DNA from: Parachlamydiaceae bacterium
GTDB taxonomy: Bacteria; Chlamydiota; Chlamydiia; Chlamydiales; Parachlamydiaceae
Assembly (NCBI GenBank): GCA_051384485.1
Contig: JBPQHD010000014.1
Location: 126,048 to 190,047 of the forward strand
Length of the DNA stretch: 64,000 nucleotides
Direction of reading: 5' to 3'
In this document: piece by piece, positions 37,658 through 46,445 of the stretch
How positions within the stretch are numbered: the first letter of the stretch is position 1
Layout of the letters: every line of letters begins with the position of its first letter
Translations under genes and position numbers: made by a program
Notes under the pieces: generated by a model
The model's database searches: none
What the model was told of the DNA's origin: nothing
The model's input: only the letters and a program-made list of their open reading frames with translations

Positions 37658-39661
37658 TCATTGTTTCTTTTTAGGGTTGTTCCATTTTTCATAAAGCTCC
37701 CTTAGAGCATCTATTTCCTGTCGAAAGTCCGCTTTTTCTTTGATATATCTTGGATCTCCCATTGGATAACCAAAAGGATCATCGGGCTCAATGCCTAGAT
37801 ATTCTAAAGATCTTTTCGCAATTTCTCTAAAAATGGGGGCGGCGCAAGCACCACCATTATGGTTTTTACCAATTCCTGGGATAAAGCCATATTCAGGTTC
37901 ATCTAAAGCAACGATCAAGACAAACTCAGGCTTATCTGTAGGAGCAAAGCCTAAGAAGCTAGCTACATAACATGTTTCGGAATAAATACCATTAATGATT
38001 TTTTTTGCCGTACTTGTCTTACCACCTTCGGTAAATCCTGGAATATCTGCTCTTCTTGCTGTTCCACCCACTTTTGTCGTGAATTTCATGGATCGCTTTA
38101 CTCGATTAGCAATCGCTTCTGGCAGTACTCGCACACGTTGGTTTTCATTGGCCCGGTGAACTAAAATTTCTTCTCCAACCTCATTTTGCCTGGTAATTTT
38201 TTTGATCAATGTTGGCTTTACTAAAAAGCCTCCATTAACAAGCACCGCATGTGCTCGCAGTAGTTGTAGCGAAGTAGCCAAGAGATTATGCCCAAAGGCC
38301 ATCGAAAAAGGGGTAGCTAAAGACCATTCCAAAGCTCCGTTAGGATAGGTTTTTCCAAGGTTTGGTAAAAAGCCCGCGCTTTCTGCTGGCAATTCAACTC
38401 CCGTTTTAAGGCCAAATCCAAAAACTTGTTGAAGTTGCTGACGATACCAATTAGGCCCTAGCCGTGCAACAATCTTTTCGGTTAGGCGAGCCACATAAAT
38501 ATTAGAAGACTTTTGGATGGCCATATCCATATTTAAAAACCGGTGAAGGCTTGTGTCTGTGATCGGTTTCGAACGCCCGGGAAAAGAGCCATTTGAAGTC
38601 GCCATCTTTTCCTCGGGGTCGAAAAGGGGCGGTTCTCCCTGTTTTTCTAACTCTTCATTAGCAAGAAGAGCAAGCGCAACTGTCACAGCCTTCATAATCG
38701 ACCCGGGTTCATTTGCATCAGTAACTGCCTTCACTTTCGAATGTTCAATAAGAACAGGATCATTAAAATAATGTTGATAGCGAGACGGATAAAAGAAGGG
38801 GTATTGAGCTAGTGCGTAAACTTCCCCTGTAAAGGGATTCATCATCGCTGCCCAACCTGTTTTGGCTTTAAATTGTTTGACTCCCTTAGCAAGCTCTTCC
38901 TCAGCAATCGCTTGCAAGACATGATTGATGGTCAAATAGACATCCGCGCCAGGATTTGGAGAAACATAAACATCACCAATTTCCATCGCATGTCTCGGTG
39001 ATCGCATCAGCCTTTTTTTCCCTGGCTGGCCATGTAAAAAGGAATCAAAGTAGAGTTCAAGCCCGCCTGTTGGGATGGCCTTCTCGCTATTTGCCTCCTT
39101 CACTTCCTGCACTGTATGCAATACCTGTCCTAAGAGAGCGTCAAAGGGATAGGAACGTTGATAGTCAGAGACAAAATAAAGAGCATTTCGAGGAATTTTA
39201 TGCGTTTTAGCATAAGATTTCCACCACTCAATTATTTTTTCCTTTTCATGGTACCCCAGCCATTTTGCCAGTTTACGGTTACGACTTTTTTTATAAAACT
39301 GCCTTTGAAAAGAATATTTTTGCTTAGGAGGTATTTGCAAGATAGCTAAGAGGGTTTCAGCAATTTCTTTTTTATATTCTGATGGGATAGAGGTCGGATC
39401 AACATGCAAATGATGTTTCTCAACATCAACCACGAGCCTCTGTGGTTCTTCATGATTTAGTTTCTTAGGGTGATTGTTAGCATAAAAAGTCCCTCGAACA
39501 GAAGGTTCCTTAACCACAAAGAAGTGCTGTCGGTCAGCAATTTTAGACCACTTTTCCCCTTCAATCATTTGAATATTAAAAAATTGAACAATCAAAAGAG
39601 CGAACAGAAAAAAGATCGCTAAAGAAAGGATAAAAAGACGCTTACGACCTCTTTCAATCAT
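37658..39661 (-). CDS. ftsI: Penicillin-binding protein (class B transpeptidase, FtsI/PBP3-like)
   Basis: N-terminal TM helix, SxxK motif (PGSIMKAV), SxN motif (KSSNIY) and a KT[GS] motif (GGKTSTA) are present. Confidence 0.9.
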   Translation of the reverse strand: MIERGRKRLFILSLAIFFLFALLIVQFFNIQMIEGEKWSKIADRQHFFVVKEPSVRGTFYANNHPKKLNHEEPQRLVVDVEKHHLHVDPTSIPSEYKKEIAETLLAILQIPPKQKYSFQRQFYKKSRNRKLAKWLGYHEKEKIIEWWKSYAKTHKIPRNALYFVSDYQRSYPFDALLGQVLHTVQEVKEANSEKAIPTGGLELYFDSFLHGQPGKKRLMRSPRHAMEIGDVYVSPNPGADVYLTINHVLQAIAEEELAKGVKQFKAKTGWAAMMNPFTGEVYALAQYPFFYPSRYQHYFNDPVLIEHSKVKAVTDANEPGSIMKAVTVALALLANEELEKQGEPPLFDPEEKMATSNGSFPGRSKPITDTSLHRFLNMDMAIQKSSNIYVARLTEKIVARLGPNWYRQQLQQVFGFGLKTGVELPAESAGFLPNLGKTYPNGALEWSLATPFSMAFGHNLLATSLQLLRAHAVLVNGGFLVKPTLIKKITRQNEVGEEILVHRANENQRVRVLPEAIANRVKRSMKFTTKVGGTARRADIPGFTEGGKTSTAKKIINGIYSETCYVASFLGFAPTDKPEFVLIVALDEPEYGFIPGIGKNHNGGACAAPIFREIAKRSLEYLGIEPDDPFGYPMGDPRYIKEKADFRQEIDALRELYEKWNNPKKKQ

Positions 39662-39932
39662 GACTTTCTACAACCATTATTTCATTATTTTGGGGATACT
39701 TAAGATGGCTATACTCACTTTTTTTAGCAAGTTCCATTAGGTTTGAAGGATTCTCAAAGCGGTCAATCTCATACTGCAACAGCACATTCTTTTCTTTAAT
39801 TTCGTGAAGTTCTTTTTTAAGTATGGGTATTTTTAATCGCTCCTCCATGACTTGGTTTAAATAGTCAATATATAGGTAAAGAGAGAGGGTTAAGGCAAAA
39901 AGACAGATAAAAACATGGGACAAGACCTTCAT
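39654..39932 (-). CDS. FtsL-like small bitopic cell-division protein
   Basis: 92 aa with one TM helix and then a coiled coil. Located between rsmH and ftsI, with overlapping start and stop codons. Confidence 0.55.
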   Translation of the reverse strand: MKVLSHVFICLFALTLSLYLYIDYLNQVMEERLKIPILKKELHEIKEKNVLLQYEIDRFENPSNLMELAKKSEYSHLKYPQNNEIMVVESHD

Positions 39933-40867
39933 ATTTTTTCAATCACTCTTAGTTTAGCACTACGACTTCTGGGATTCTGCTCTTTTTCTACAGAGGAAGG
40001 TTCTACAGGCTTTCTAGTCAGAAGCTTACACTCCGGAACTTTATCTAGAAAAATACCTCCGATTCCCGTTGTATTCACCTTATCACTAGCAGCTTCTCTG
40101 AAAAAATGCTTAACAATGCGATCTTCTAAACTATGAAAAGTAATTACAGCTAAGCGCCCACCTAAGCTAAGGGAGGCCATTGCTTCTTCTAAAAAGATCT
40201 CTAGCTTTTCAAGTTCTTGGTTCACAGCAATTCTTAAAGCCTGAAACGTTTTTGTAAGAGGATGAATTTTGTTCTTTTTGACCCAAAAGGGCTCTCTTAA
40301 GACTGGTTCTAAAACGTGGACTAGGTCAAAAGTCGTCTTAAATAGTCGCTGATTTCTCTCTTTCGTAATTGTTTCAGCAACCTTTCGCCATTTTTTCTCC
40401 TCGCCGTAGACTTTTAAAATATGACCTAGGTCTCTTTCATTCCAGGTATTTACAATATCGGCAGCTGTTAAAGAATGTCTTTTATCCATTCTCATATCAA
40501 GAGGACCGTCGCGCAGAAAACTAAACCCCTTTTCTGGAGTATCTAACTGCATAGAAGAGACACCTAGGTCAACTAAGATCCCATCTACAGAGGCAAGGCT
40601 GGCTTCGTTTAACACCTGCTTGATTTCGGAAAAATTATGTTGATGAAAAGAAACTTTTTCCTTCAACGAGTAAAGTCTTTTTTTTGCTAGGCAAAGAGCA
40701 TCACTATCTTGGTCTATTCCTATAAACTTCTGTATTTCAGGGTGTTCCTTTAAAATCGCCTCTGCATGCCCTCCAGCTCCGAGCGTCCCATCAACAAAAG
40801 AAGAGAGGTGTTTATCTTTGAAAAAATATAAGCATTCGTCTAAGAGTACAGATTGATGGGCATTCAT
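39929..40867 (-). CDS. rsmH: 16S rRNA (cytosine1402-N4)-methyltransferase RsmH (MraW)
   Basis: HQSVLLDE..., SAM motif DGTLGAGGH, and ITFHSLEDRIVK are present. I preferred the ATG at 40867 to the upstream TTG at 40888. Confidence 0.95.
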   Translation of the reverse strand: MNAHQSVLLDECLYFFKDKHLSSFVDGTLGAGGHAEAILKEHPEIQKFIGIDQDSDALCLAKKRLYSLKEKVSFHQHNFSEIKQVLNEASLASVDGILVDLGVSSMQLDTPEKGFSFLRDGPLDMRMDKRHSLTAADIVNTWNERDLGHILKVYGEEKKWRKVAETITKERNQRLFKTTFDLVHVLEPVLREPFWVKKNKIHPLTKTFQALRIAVNQELEKLEIFLEEAMASLSLGGRLAVITFHSLEDRIVKHFFREAASDKVNTTGIGGIFLDKVPECKLLTRKPVEPSSVEKEQNPRSRSAKLRVIEKI

Positions 40868-40999
40868 AAAATTAAGACTTTTTTGCAAAAACGGTTACTT
40901 TTGTTAAAATAGTAATAGAGATTTTACTTGTTTAAAAGAATATTATCCTGAAAATCTTACCTGTGCAGTTTAAGAAACAGGCAGTTGGCAAGAGGTACC

Positions 41000-41449
41000 A
41001 TGACAACGATTGATAAGCTAGATATGAGTGTTCACAGCAATTACGCTCTACGCATTATGCTGACAGAACAGATCAACAGTCAGCTAAGGCTTACAGAAGC
41101 CTCCAGCATCCCCCCCCAAATTCAAATGGTGGATATTTATCCCAAATTATCGGAATTGGATCTTTTATTGGGAATCGTCCCGCTATCGACCCCATGGGCT
41201 TTTTTCTATCCTCCCCAAAAATTTGAAACCATTCGGCGCAATCCATTTTCTTTTTTCAGAATCGGACCGAGCTTTGGCTCACTTGAGCATCAAGCAGAGG
41301 TTGAAGCTCGACTTGACTCAATCTCTACGACAACCCAAGAGGAAAATGCCGAGAAACAGGTTTTGGCCGGTTGTTTAAAGCAAATGAGCAAAATTAACGA
41401 AATGCTAGCCTTTATCATCGGGCGAATTGGGCAGTTCCTTCAAGGATAA
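41000..41449 (+). CDS. Hypothetical small protein, translationally linked to the downstream TPR protein
   Basis: The ATG at 41000 is preceded by AGAGG. There is no TM segment, and the gap to the next gene is 2 nt. Confidence 0.55.
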   Translation: MTTIDKLDMSVHSNYALRIMLTEQINSQLRLTEASSIPPQIQMVDIYPKLSELDLLLGIVPLSTPWAFFYPPQKFETIRRNPFSFFRIGPSFGSLEHQAEVEARLDSISTTTQEENAEKQVLAGCLKQMSKINEMLAFIIGRIGQFLQG

Positions 41450-41451
41450 TC

Positions 41452-41847
41452 ATGAGTAAAATTAACTGGTTACAGTCTCTTGGCTGGAGTGAAGATCAAC
41501 TCGAAGATTTACGTTATGCCGGCTATGCTTATATAAGGCAAGGAAAGTATGATATTGCTTTACCTTTTTTTGAAGCCCTAACGGTTCTTGATTCTAACAG
41601 TGCTTATGACGCCCAGACGTTAGGAGCTCTTTACCTTCAATTAAATAACCCAGTAAAAGCTCTTAAATGTTTTGAAAAAGCGTTGAAAATCGAAGCTGAT
41701 CACGCCCCCACCCTTCTTAATGTAACAAAAGCCCTATTCATGTTAGGAAAAAAAGAAGAGGGTTTAAAACTCGCTCACATTCTTGAAAAAGAGCGAGATC
41801 GTGACATTGCTAATGTAGCAAAAGCGCTCATTTTAGCTTACAGCTGA
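41452..41847 (+). CDS. Small all-TPR protein (T3SS class II / YscY-like chaperone candidate)
   Basis: 131 aa with three TPR-like units (YAGYAYIRQGKYDIALPFFEAL, LGALYLQLNNPVKALKCFEKALKI, ...ALFMLGKKEEGLKLA). Confidence 0.65.
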   Translation: MSKINWLQSLGWSEDQLEDLRYAGYAYIRQGKYDIALPFFEALTVLDSNSAYDAQTLGALYLQLNNPVKALKCFEKALKIEADHAPTLLNVTKALFMLGKKEEGLKLAHILEKERDRDIANVAKALILAYS

Positions 41848-43007
41848 TTCTTTAAAATTTCCTTTAAGGTTTTGCAGATACCATCAACATCTTGCTCACT
41901 TAAATCGTAAAAAAGTGGCAAGGAAATTGCCTCCTGATAGTATCCTTCCATTTCAGGGAAATAGGAGCTAATATCTCCCATGTAATTATAACATGGCATT
42001 CTATAAAGGGGGATGTAGTGGTATTGTGAACCGATCCGCCTCTTTTTGAGTTCATTGATTAAATGGGTTTTTGAAATGGGGTAGCGGCTGTGATCAATCT
42101 GAACAACAAAGAGATGATAAGCGGTCATCTCATCATAGTTTTGATCAAATAAGCGGATCCCTTCAACTCCGTGAAGTTGGCTTCTATATCTTTTGACAAG
42201 ACGACGCTTTTTTTCAATAAATAGATGAATTCGTTTTAATTGAGAAATGCCTAACGCAGCTTGCATTTCAGAGAGGTGGTAGTTACTGGAAGGTTGCTGA
42301 ACCTCATAATACCATGACGACTCATGGCCGATTAAATATTTTTGCTCTCGCTCAATACCACTATTTCTAATGACCTGCAACCGATGGTAGATTTCCGGAT
42401 CATTTGTTGTCACCATCCCTCCCTCACCGGTTGTGATCTGTTTGACAGGGTGAAAACTAAAAATCGTCATTAAGCTATAAGTACAGCTCCCTACTTTCAC
42501 TCCATTAGAGTACCTTGACCCAATAGCATGAGCGGCATCCTCAATGACAATCGTATTGTTATTGAGAATTAAACGGTCTAATCTCGGCATATTAACTGCG
42601 ATTCCAGAGAAATGGACTGGTAAGATAAAGAGCCTTCCACGGGTAGACGCGAGGTTCAAATTAGGTTCTATTTTTGATAAATCAAGGTTTCCACTCTTTC
42701 GATCAATATCAACAAAAATAGGTTTAGCCCCTAACTCAGTTCCCGATGCAACAGTAGCAATAAATGTATTTGGTGTAACAATGAGTTGATCAGATGAGTT
42801 CATGCCGGCAGCCATGTAAGCAGATGTTAAAGCCGTGGAACCACTTGAAAAAGCAACGGCATAACTCGCATCTACATAACGAGCTACTCTTTCTTCAAAT
42901 TCTCTTACTTGATCCCCACGTGTGATTAAGGGGGCTTTCAACACATTAACAACAGATTCGACATCACTTTCGTCGATCGATTGTCGTGAATAAGGTAAAA
43001 AATCCAT
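41838..43007 (-). CDS. DegT/DnrJ/EryC1/StrS-family PLP-dependent sugar aminotransferase (PseC-like)
   Basis: DAAHAIGS and the catalytic Lys context FSFHPVKQITTGEGGMV are present. 389 aa. Confidence 0.9.
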   Translation of the reverse strand: MDFLPYSRQSIDESDVESVVNVLKAPLITRGDQVREFEERVARYVDASYAVAFSSGSTALTSAYMAAGMNSSDQLIVTPNTFIATVASGTELGAKPIFVDIDRKSGNLDLSKIEPNLNLASTRGRLFILPVHFSGIAVNMPRLDRLILNNNTIVIEDAAHAIGSRYSNGVKVGSCTYSLMTIFSFHPVKQITTGEGGMVTTNDPEIYHRLQVIRNSGIEREQKYLIGHESSWYYEVQQPSSNYHLSEMQAALGISQLKRIHLFIEKKRRLVKRYRSQLHGVEGIRLFDQNYDEMTAYHLFVVQIDHSRYPISKTHLINELKKRRIGSQYHYIPLYRMPCYNYMGDISSYFPEMEGYYQEAISLPLFYDLSEQDVDGICKTLKEILKNQL

Positions 43008-43399
43008 TTAAACCAAAGAAAAAATTAAAATTTAAAAATTAGCCACTAGAATCAGCATTATACTTAATTTTTTGCAATTTGGCTTTATTTTTTTTATGAG
43101 GCAAAAAAATGTGTTGCTAATGATGAACATCTAAATAGTTACCGGAAACATCTCTTAAAGCTACTTTGTGTTATCAGAGACCAAGACAAAAGTATTGTCT
43201 GCTATCTAAATTAATACTACTGAATCCAACAATGGTTTAAACGACAAATACTGGTAGCAATTTAGTTTTAATAATGTAGGTTGAGCCATTTTCAAAAAAA
43301 ATTGCGTTATGTCAATTGTTCGCCAATATACAAATCATGACATTTTGGGCGTTATGGAAGTTGGGAAACGTACTTAAACATGTGTAGTTATTGTTGGTT

Positions 43400-44230
43400 T
43401 AGTTCAGACGTCCCTGATAAGCCAATTGAATTAAGAGTAGCCATCATAAAGAAAAAACCTATGAAGCATTTTCATCTAGGCTTAAAGACATACCTTAAGA
43501 ACAGCAAACAAGAAGATCTTTTGATGCCCCCTCTTTTGGTAAAGAATTAGCATTTAATAATGATTCGTTATTTTACAAAAGCAAACATTTAGCTATTCAT
43601 CAAACAGCGGATAAGCATGATGACCATCCTGAGCAAATACCTTTCGATATTCTAACTACCAAGCGGCCCCTTCCTTTAACCATCATATTGAAAATCATGC
43701 TATCCAGAATCAGTTTCACGAATTACTCAAGCATGGTTGACGCGATTGTCCCTGTGACGTAAAAAAAATGGTACCACAATAGCTTTAACCGGATAGGCCT
43801 TGGCCTAGAGTATCTTGGGGGAGGCTTTAGATTTGTTAATTAATGGTTTTATTCCTGTCGGTTCCATCCGTCATCGAGGTTCACGCACTATTGCTTAGGT
43901 GATGGTGATCATGCACTCAGGTTATCCGCTATGGAGCTGATGGGGAACTGAGAAGAGAGCTATTTTCTACCAAAATGGTGTAAGAGCCTATGGTGTCATC
44001 GGTGGTTATTACTATTCGAACCGCTACCTAAAAAGTATTGCAGGTTCCAAGGTTCGCCTGGAATTTAATTGATCGGAATACTTTAGCTTAGAGCTAAAAT
44101 ATAGTTACGATCGCACCTATCATTCAAGATTTCAGGGTCGCTTCCTGTTTAGCACCCCTTTAGAAAATCTATGCAGATGCATGAATGGCTGTGAAAGATG
44201 CATCGATTCTTTCTTGCTCCAAATTTGTTA
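43400..44230 (+). pseudogene. Decayed gene remnant, possibly an outer-membrane beta-barrel protein
   Basis: There is no ORF of 60 aa or more between 43008 and 44365. One frame reads QNGVRAYGVIGGYYYSNRYLKSIAGSKVRLEFN*SEYFSLELKYSYDRTYHSRFQGRFLFS. This has an aromatic/alternating beta-strand pattern, an in-frame TGA at 44070-44072 and further stops upstream (for example at 43938). The boundaries are approximate. Confidence 0.3.
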
Positions 44231-44407
44231 ATCGAGCCAGTGTCCCATTCGTTGACAGCAAATGGCTGCTTGAAATGAAATTGGCAACCTCATGAAGAGA
44301 GGAAGCCTTTTCAGGTTTCCCACTCGTTTATCTTTTCAATGCTTTTATTGAAAATTTAATTTAAATTGTGCTATAATAAAGTATCAAAATCTAAAAAAAG
44401 ATTGATT

Positions 44408-44746
44408 ATGCTAGATCGTCTTTTTAATTCTAATGAATATATAACGATAAAATTTCCTTTTGATGAAGAAATATTACTGAGAAGAGGCTTAGTATCAAAA
44501 ATTCGTAAATTAGAAAACCTTCTTAGCTTAAGCCACAATAATGAGGTTAGAATCGACACTATTGCCCACGAGACCTTTGATGATGTTCTTCGGATGATGA
44601 ATGGCGAAGATCCTCTGCTTACTGATTCAGAAAGCATCAACGCCTTAAAGCAAGCTATTCTCTATTTAGAAATCAGACCATCAGACAAGCTCCAACGCCG
44701 TATGACCAATGTTTTTAAAAAATACTTTCCTCAGGATTTGGTATAG
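44408..44746 (+). CDS. Small BTB/POZ-like (or Skp1-like) domain protein
   Basis: 112 aa from the ATG at 44408. ITIKFPFDEEILLRRGLVSKIRKLENLL...VRIDTIAHETFDDVLRMMNGEDPLL...INALKQAILYLEI follows the BTB hydrophobic pattern. Confidence 0.45.
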   Translation: MLDRLFNSNEYITIKFPFDEEILLRRGLVSKIRKLENLLSLSHNNEVRIDTIAHETFDDVLRMMNGEDPLLTDSESINALKQAILYLEIRPSDKLQRRMTNVFKKYFPQDLV

Positions 44747-46013
44747 TCTCTCTGGCTTTTTTCGTTTGAGCATCGTGAGCTCCTCCTAGAGGGAGGCCTA
44801 TTTCTATCACATTTGTCCTTGAAGCGTTGAATAGTTGAGCTGATAGTTGTCGATCATTGAGTGTTTGCCCCTTACTAATTACAAGCAACGGGCCTATCAA
44901 ATTTCCCTCAGCATAAAGATCAACGTCCTTAGCTTTTTTAATTTTCCTCCACTTCCCATCCTGTAAAATAAACCAGTCACCAGGACCAACAATTTCTCTT
45001 ACCCCATCTACTTTAAACATAAAGTGGATCTTGGTTCTCGCACCTAAAAACTCAAAGTTATTTAAAACAGCTTCTTCATTTGGCATCGGATCCGGTGATC
45101 GAACCAGAGTAAATGGGACTTTAAATTGGCCACCCACGGACCAAACTTCTAAGTTCAAAGTTTTCTCATCCATTTTACGAACACTTAGCAAGGGATAGTT
45201 TTGTGTCATTTCATTCTTACTAGGCGTTGTCCACCGATGATTTTTCCAAATAAAGTACTCACCAGGAGAGGCAAAAATGACGTAATGGTCTTCTCCCTCG
45301 CCAAAATCAATGCGTTGCTTAAGATTGGTATAAGCAAACGCTTGTCCCCCAAATAGCCCGAGAAACAGATCTTGACCGTGCCATCTCGCTTTCTGACGAA
45401 AAAGCAGGGTACTATCGACTTTTTGGTTCTCTATACTCCAAGCCGCGGTGTTAGCCGAAAGGGTTTTTTCGGGAAGAAAAAACTGAACTCTTTCCCCTGG
45501 CTCGGTAACTCTTTTACCATTGACACCCAATAAATATACATCGATAAGGGCTCCTTTATTTTGAGGTTTGGCTACAAACCATATCGAAGTAGGCTGATTA
45601 TGAGGACTTAAAGTAAGGCTTTTTGCAGAATTATCTCTTATTAAGTAGATCTTCTCTTCGGGTTTAGCCGAATAGATGGTTTTTATATTGCCAATGGAAA
45701 AATAAAATTGCCGGCTTTCCTTACCTGCGTCAGGTCTTTGATTAGAGCCAAAGTAGCTTAATCGAACACGCAGATCAGGCAATAAAAGATCAGGAGCCAC
45801 ATGATGGAGAGCTAATGCAGGGCTTGTCAATTGTTTATAAGTTTCTTCAGGAAGTTGAAAGGCATTCTTGGGAAGAAAGTGAGTTTTTTTACTTATTTCG
45901 GGACGTTCAAAAGAGTGATTATAGAAAAGCCCAGAAATACTAAAAAGCAAAAGTATGAACAATGAGGCGAGAGCAAGGCTACGATTGATCCACGGGAAAT
46001 AAGATTTCCTCAT
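44715..46013 (-). CDS. Hypothetical bitopic membrane protein; full-length paralogue of the gene upstream of gspD
   Basis: 432 aa with an N-terminal TM helix SLALASLFILLLFSISGLF. It shares blocks with 62812-64000: FFLPEK, TLLxRQKAxWxGxDxFL, KQRIxF, NHRW, FxGARTxxxxxFxV and DWxxLxxGxWxK. Confidence 0.7.
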   Translation of the reverse strand: MRKSYFPWINRSLALASLFILLLFSISGLFYNHSFERPEISKKTHFLPKNAFQLPEETYKQLTSPALALHHVAPDLLLPDLRVRLSYFGSNQRPDAGKESRQFYFSIGNIKTIYSAKPEEKIYLIRDNSAKSLTLSPHNQPTSIWFVAKPQNKGALIDVYLLGVNGKRVTEPGERVQFFLPEKTLSANTAAWSIENQKVDSTLLFRQKARWHGQDLFLGLFGGQAFAYTNLKQRIDFGEGEDHYVIFASPGEYFIWKNHRWTTPSKNEMTQNYPLLSVRKMDEKTLNLEVWSVGGQFKVPFTLVRSPDPMPNEEAVLNNFEFLGARTKIHFMFKVDGVREIVGPGDWFILQDGKWRKIKKAKDVDLYAEGNLIGPLLVISKGQTLNDRQLSAQLFNASRTNVIEIGLPLGGAHDAQTKKARETIPNPEESIF

Positions 46014-46445
46014 TTTTTATCCCTTAGTTCATCGATGTCTATCAGAATTATACTATAAATAAATTTATATAATTAGAGAGAAATTAATTTTTTAGATAAG
46101 TAAAACAAACTCATTGGTTTTGTTTTGTTTTAAAACAGCCTGAAATTTTTAAAAGCTATTTAAAATAAACAACTTACAAAACAACTCGCTTTTCATCTGC
46201 TTAAAAATAAAAAACACAAAAATAAAAATTTTGATCCTCAACGATTTAAGGATTTGCTTAACTTTTGACCAGTAAAAAGTGCTTGCTCGCTAACTTTTAC
46301 CATGTTAATGTCTCCGTCCAGAAATGATCTTGAACAAATTGTGGAAAGACTGTTAACAACCTTCATTTTAGGTAAAAAGTTAATTTTAATGATTGAAAAG
46401 TGGGTCACCCTTTCCGTTTTTAAAATATAAAAATCAGGATGTAGA
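46014..46445. other. AT-rich intergenic region upstream of dnaA (candidate replication-origin-associated region)
   Basis: 432-bp non-coding gap whose core (about 46040-46240) is very AT-rich. Only weak DnaA-box-like sites are present, for example TGTGGAAAG at 46340-46348. Confidence 0.3.
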
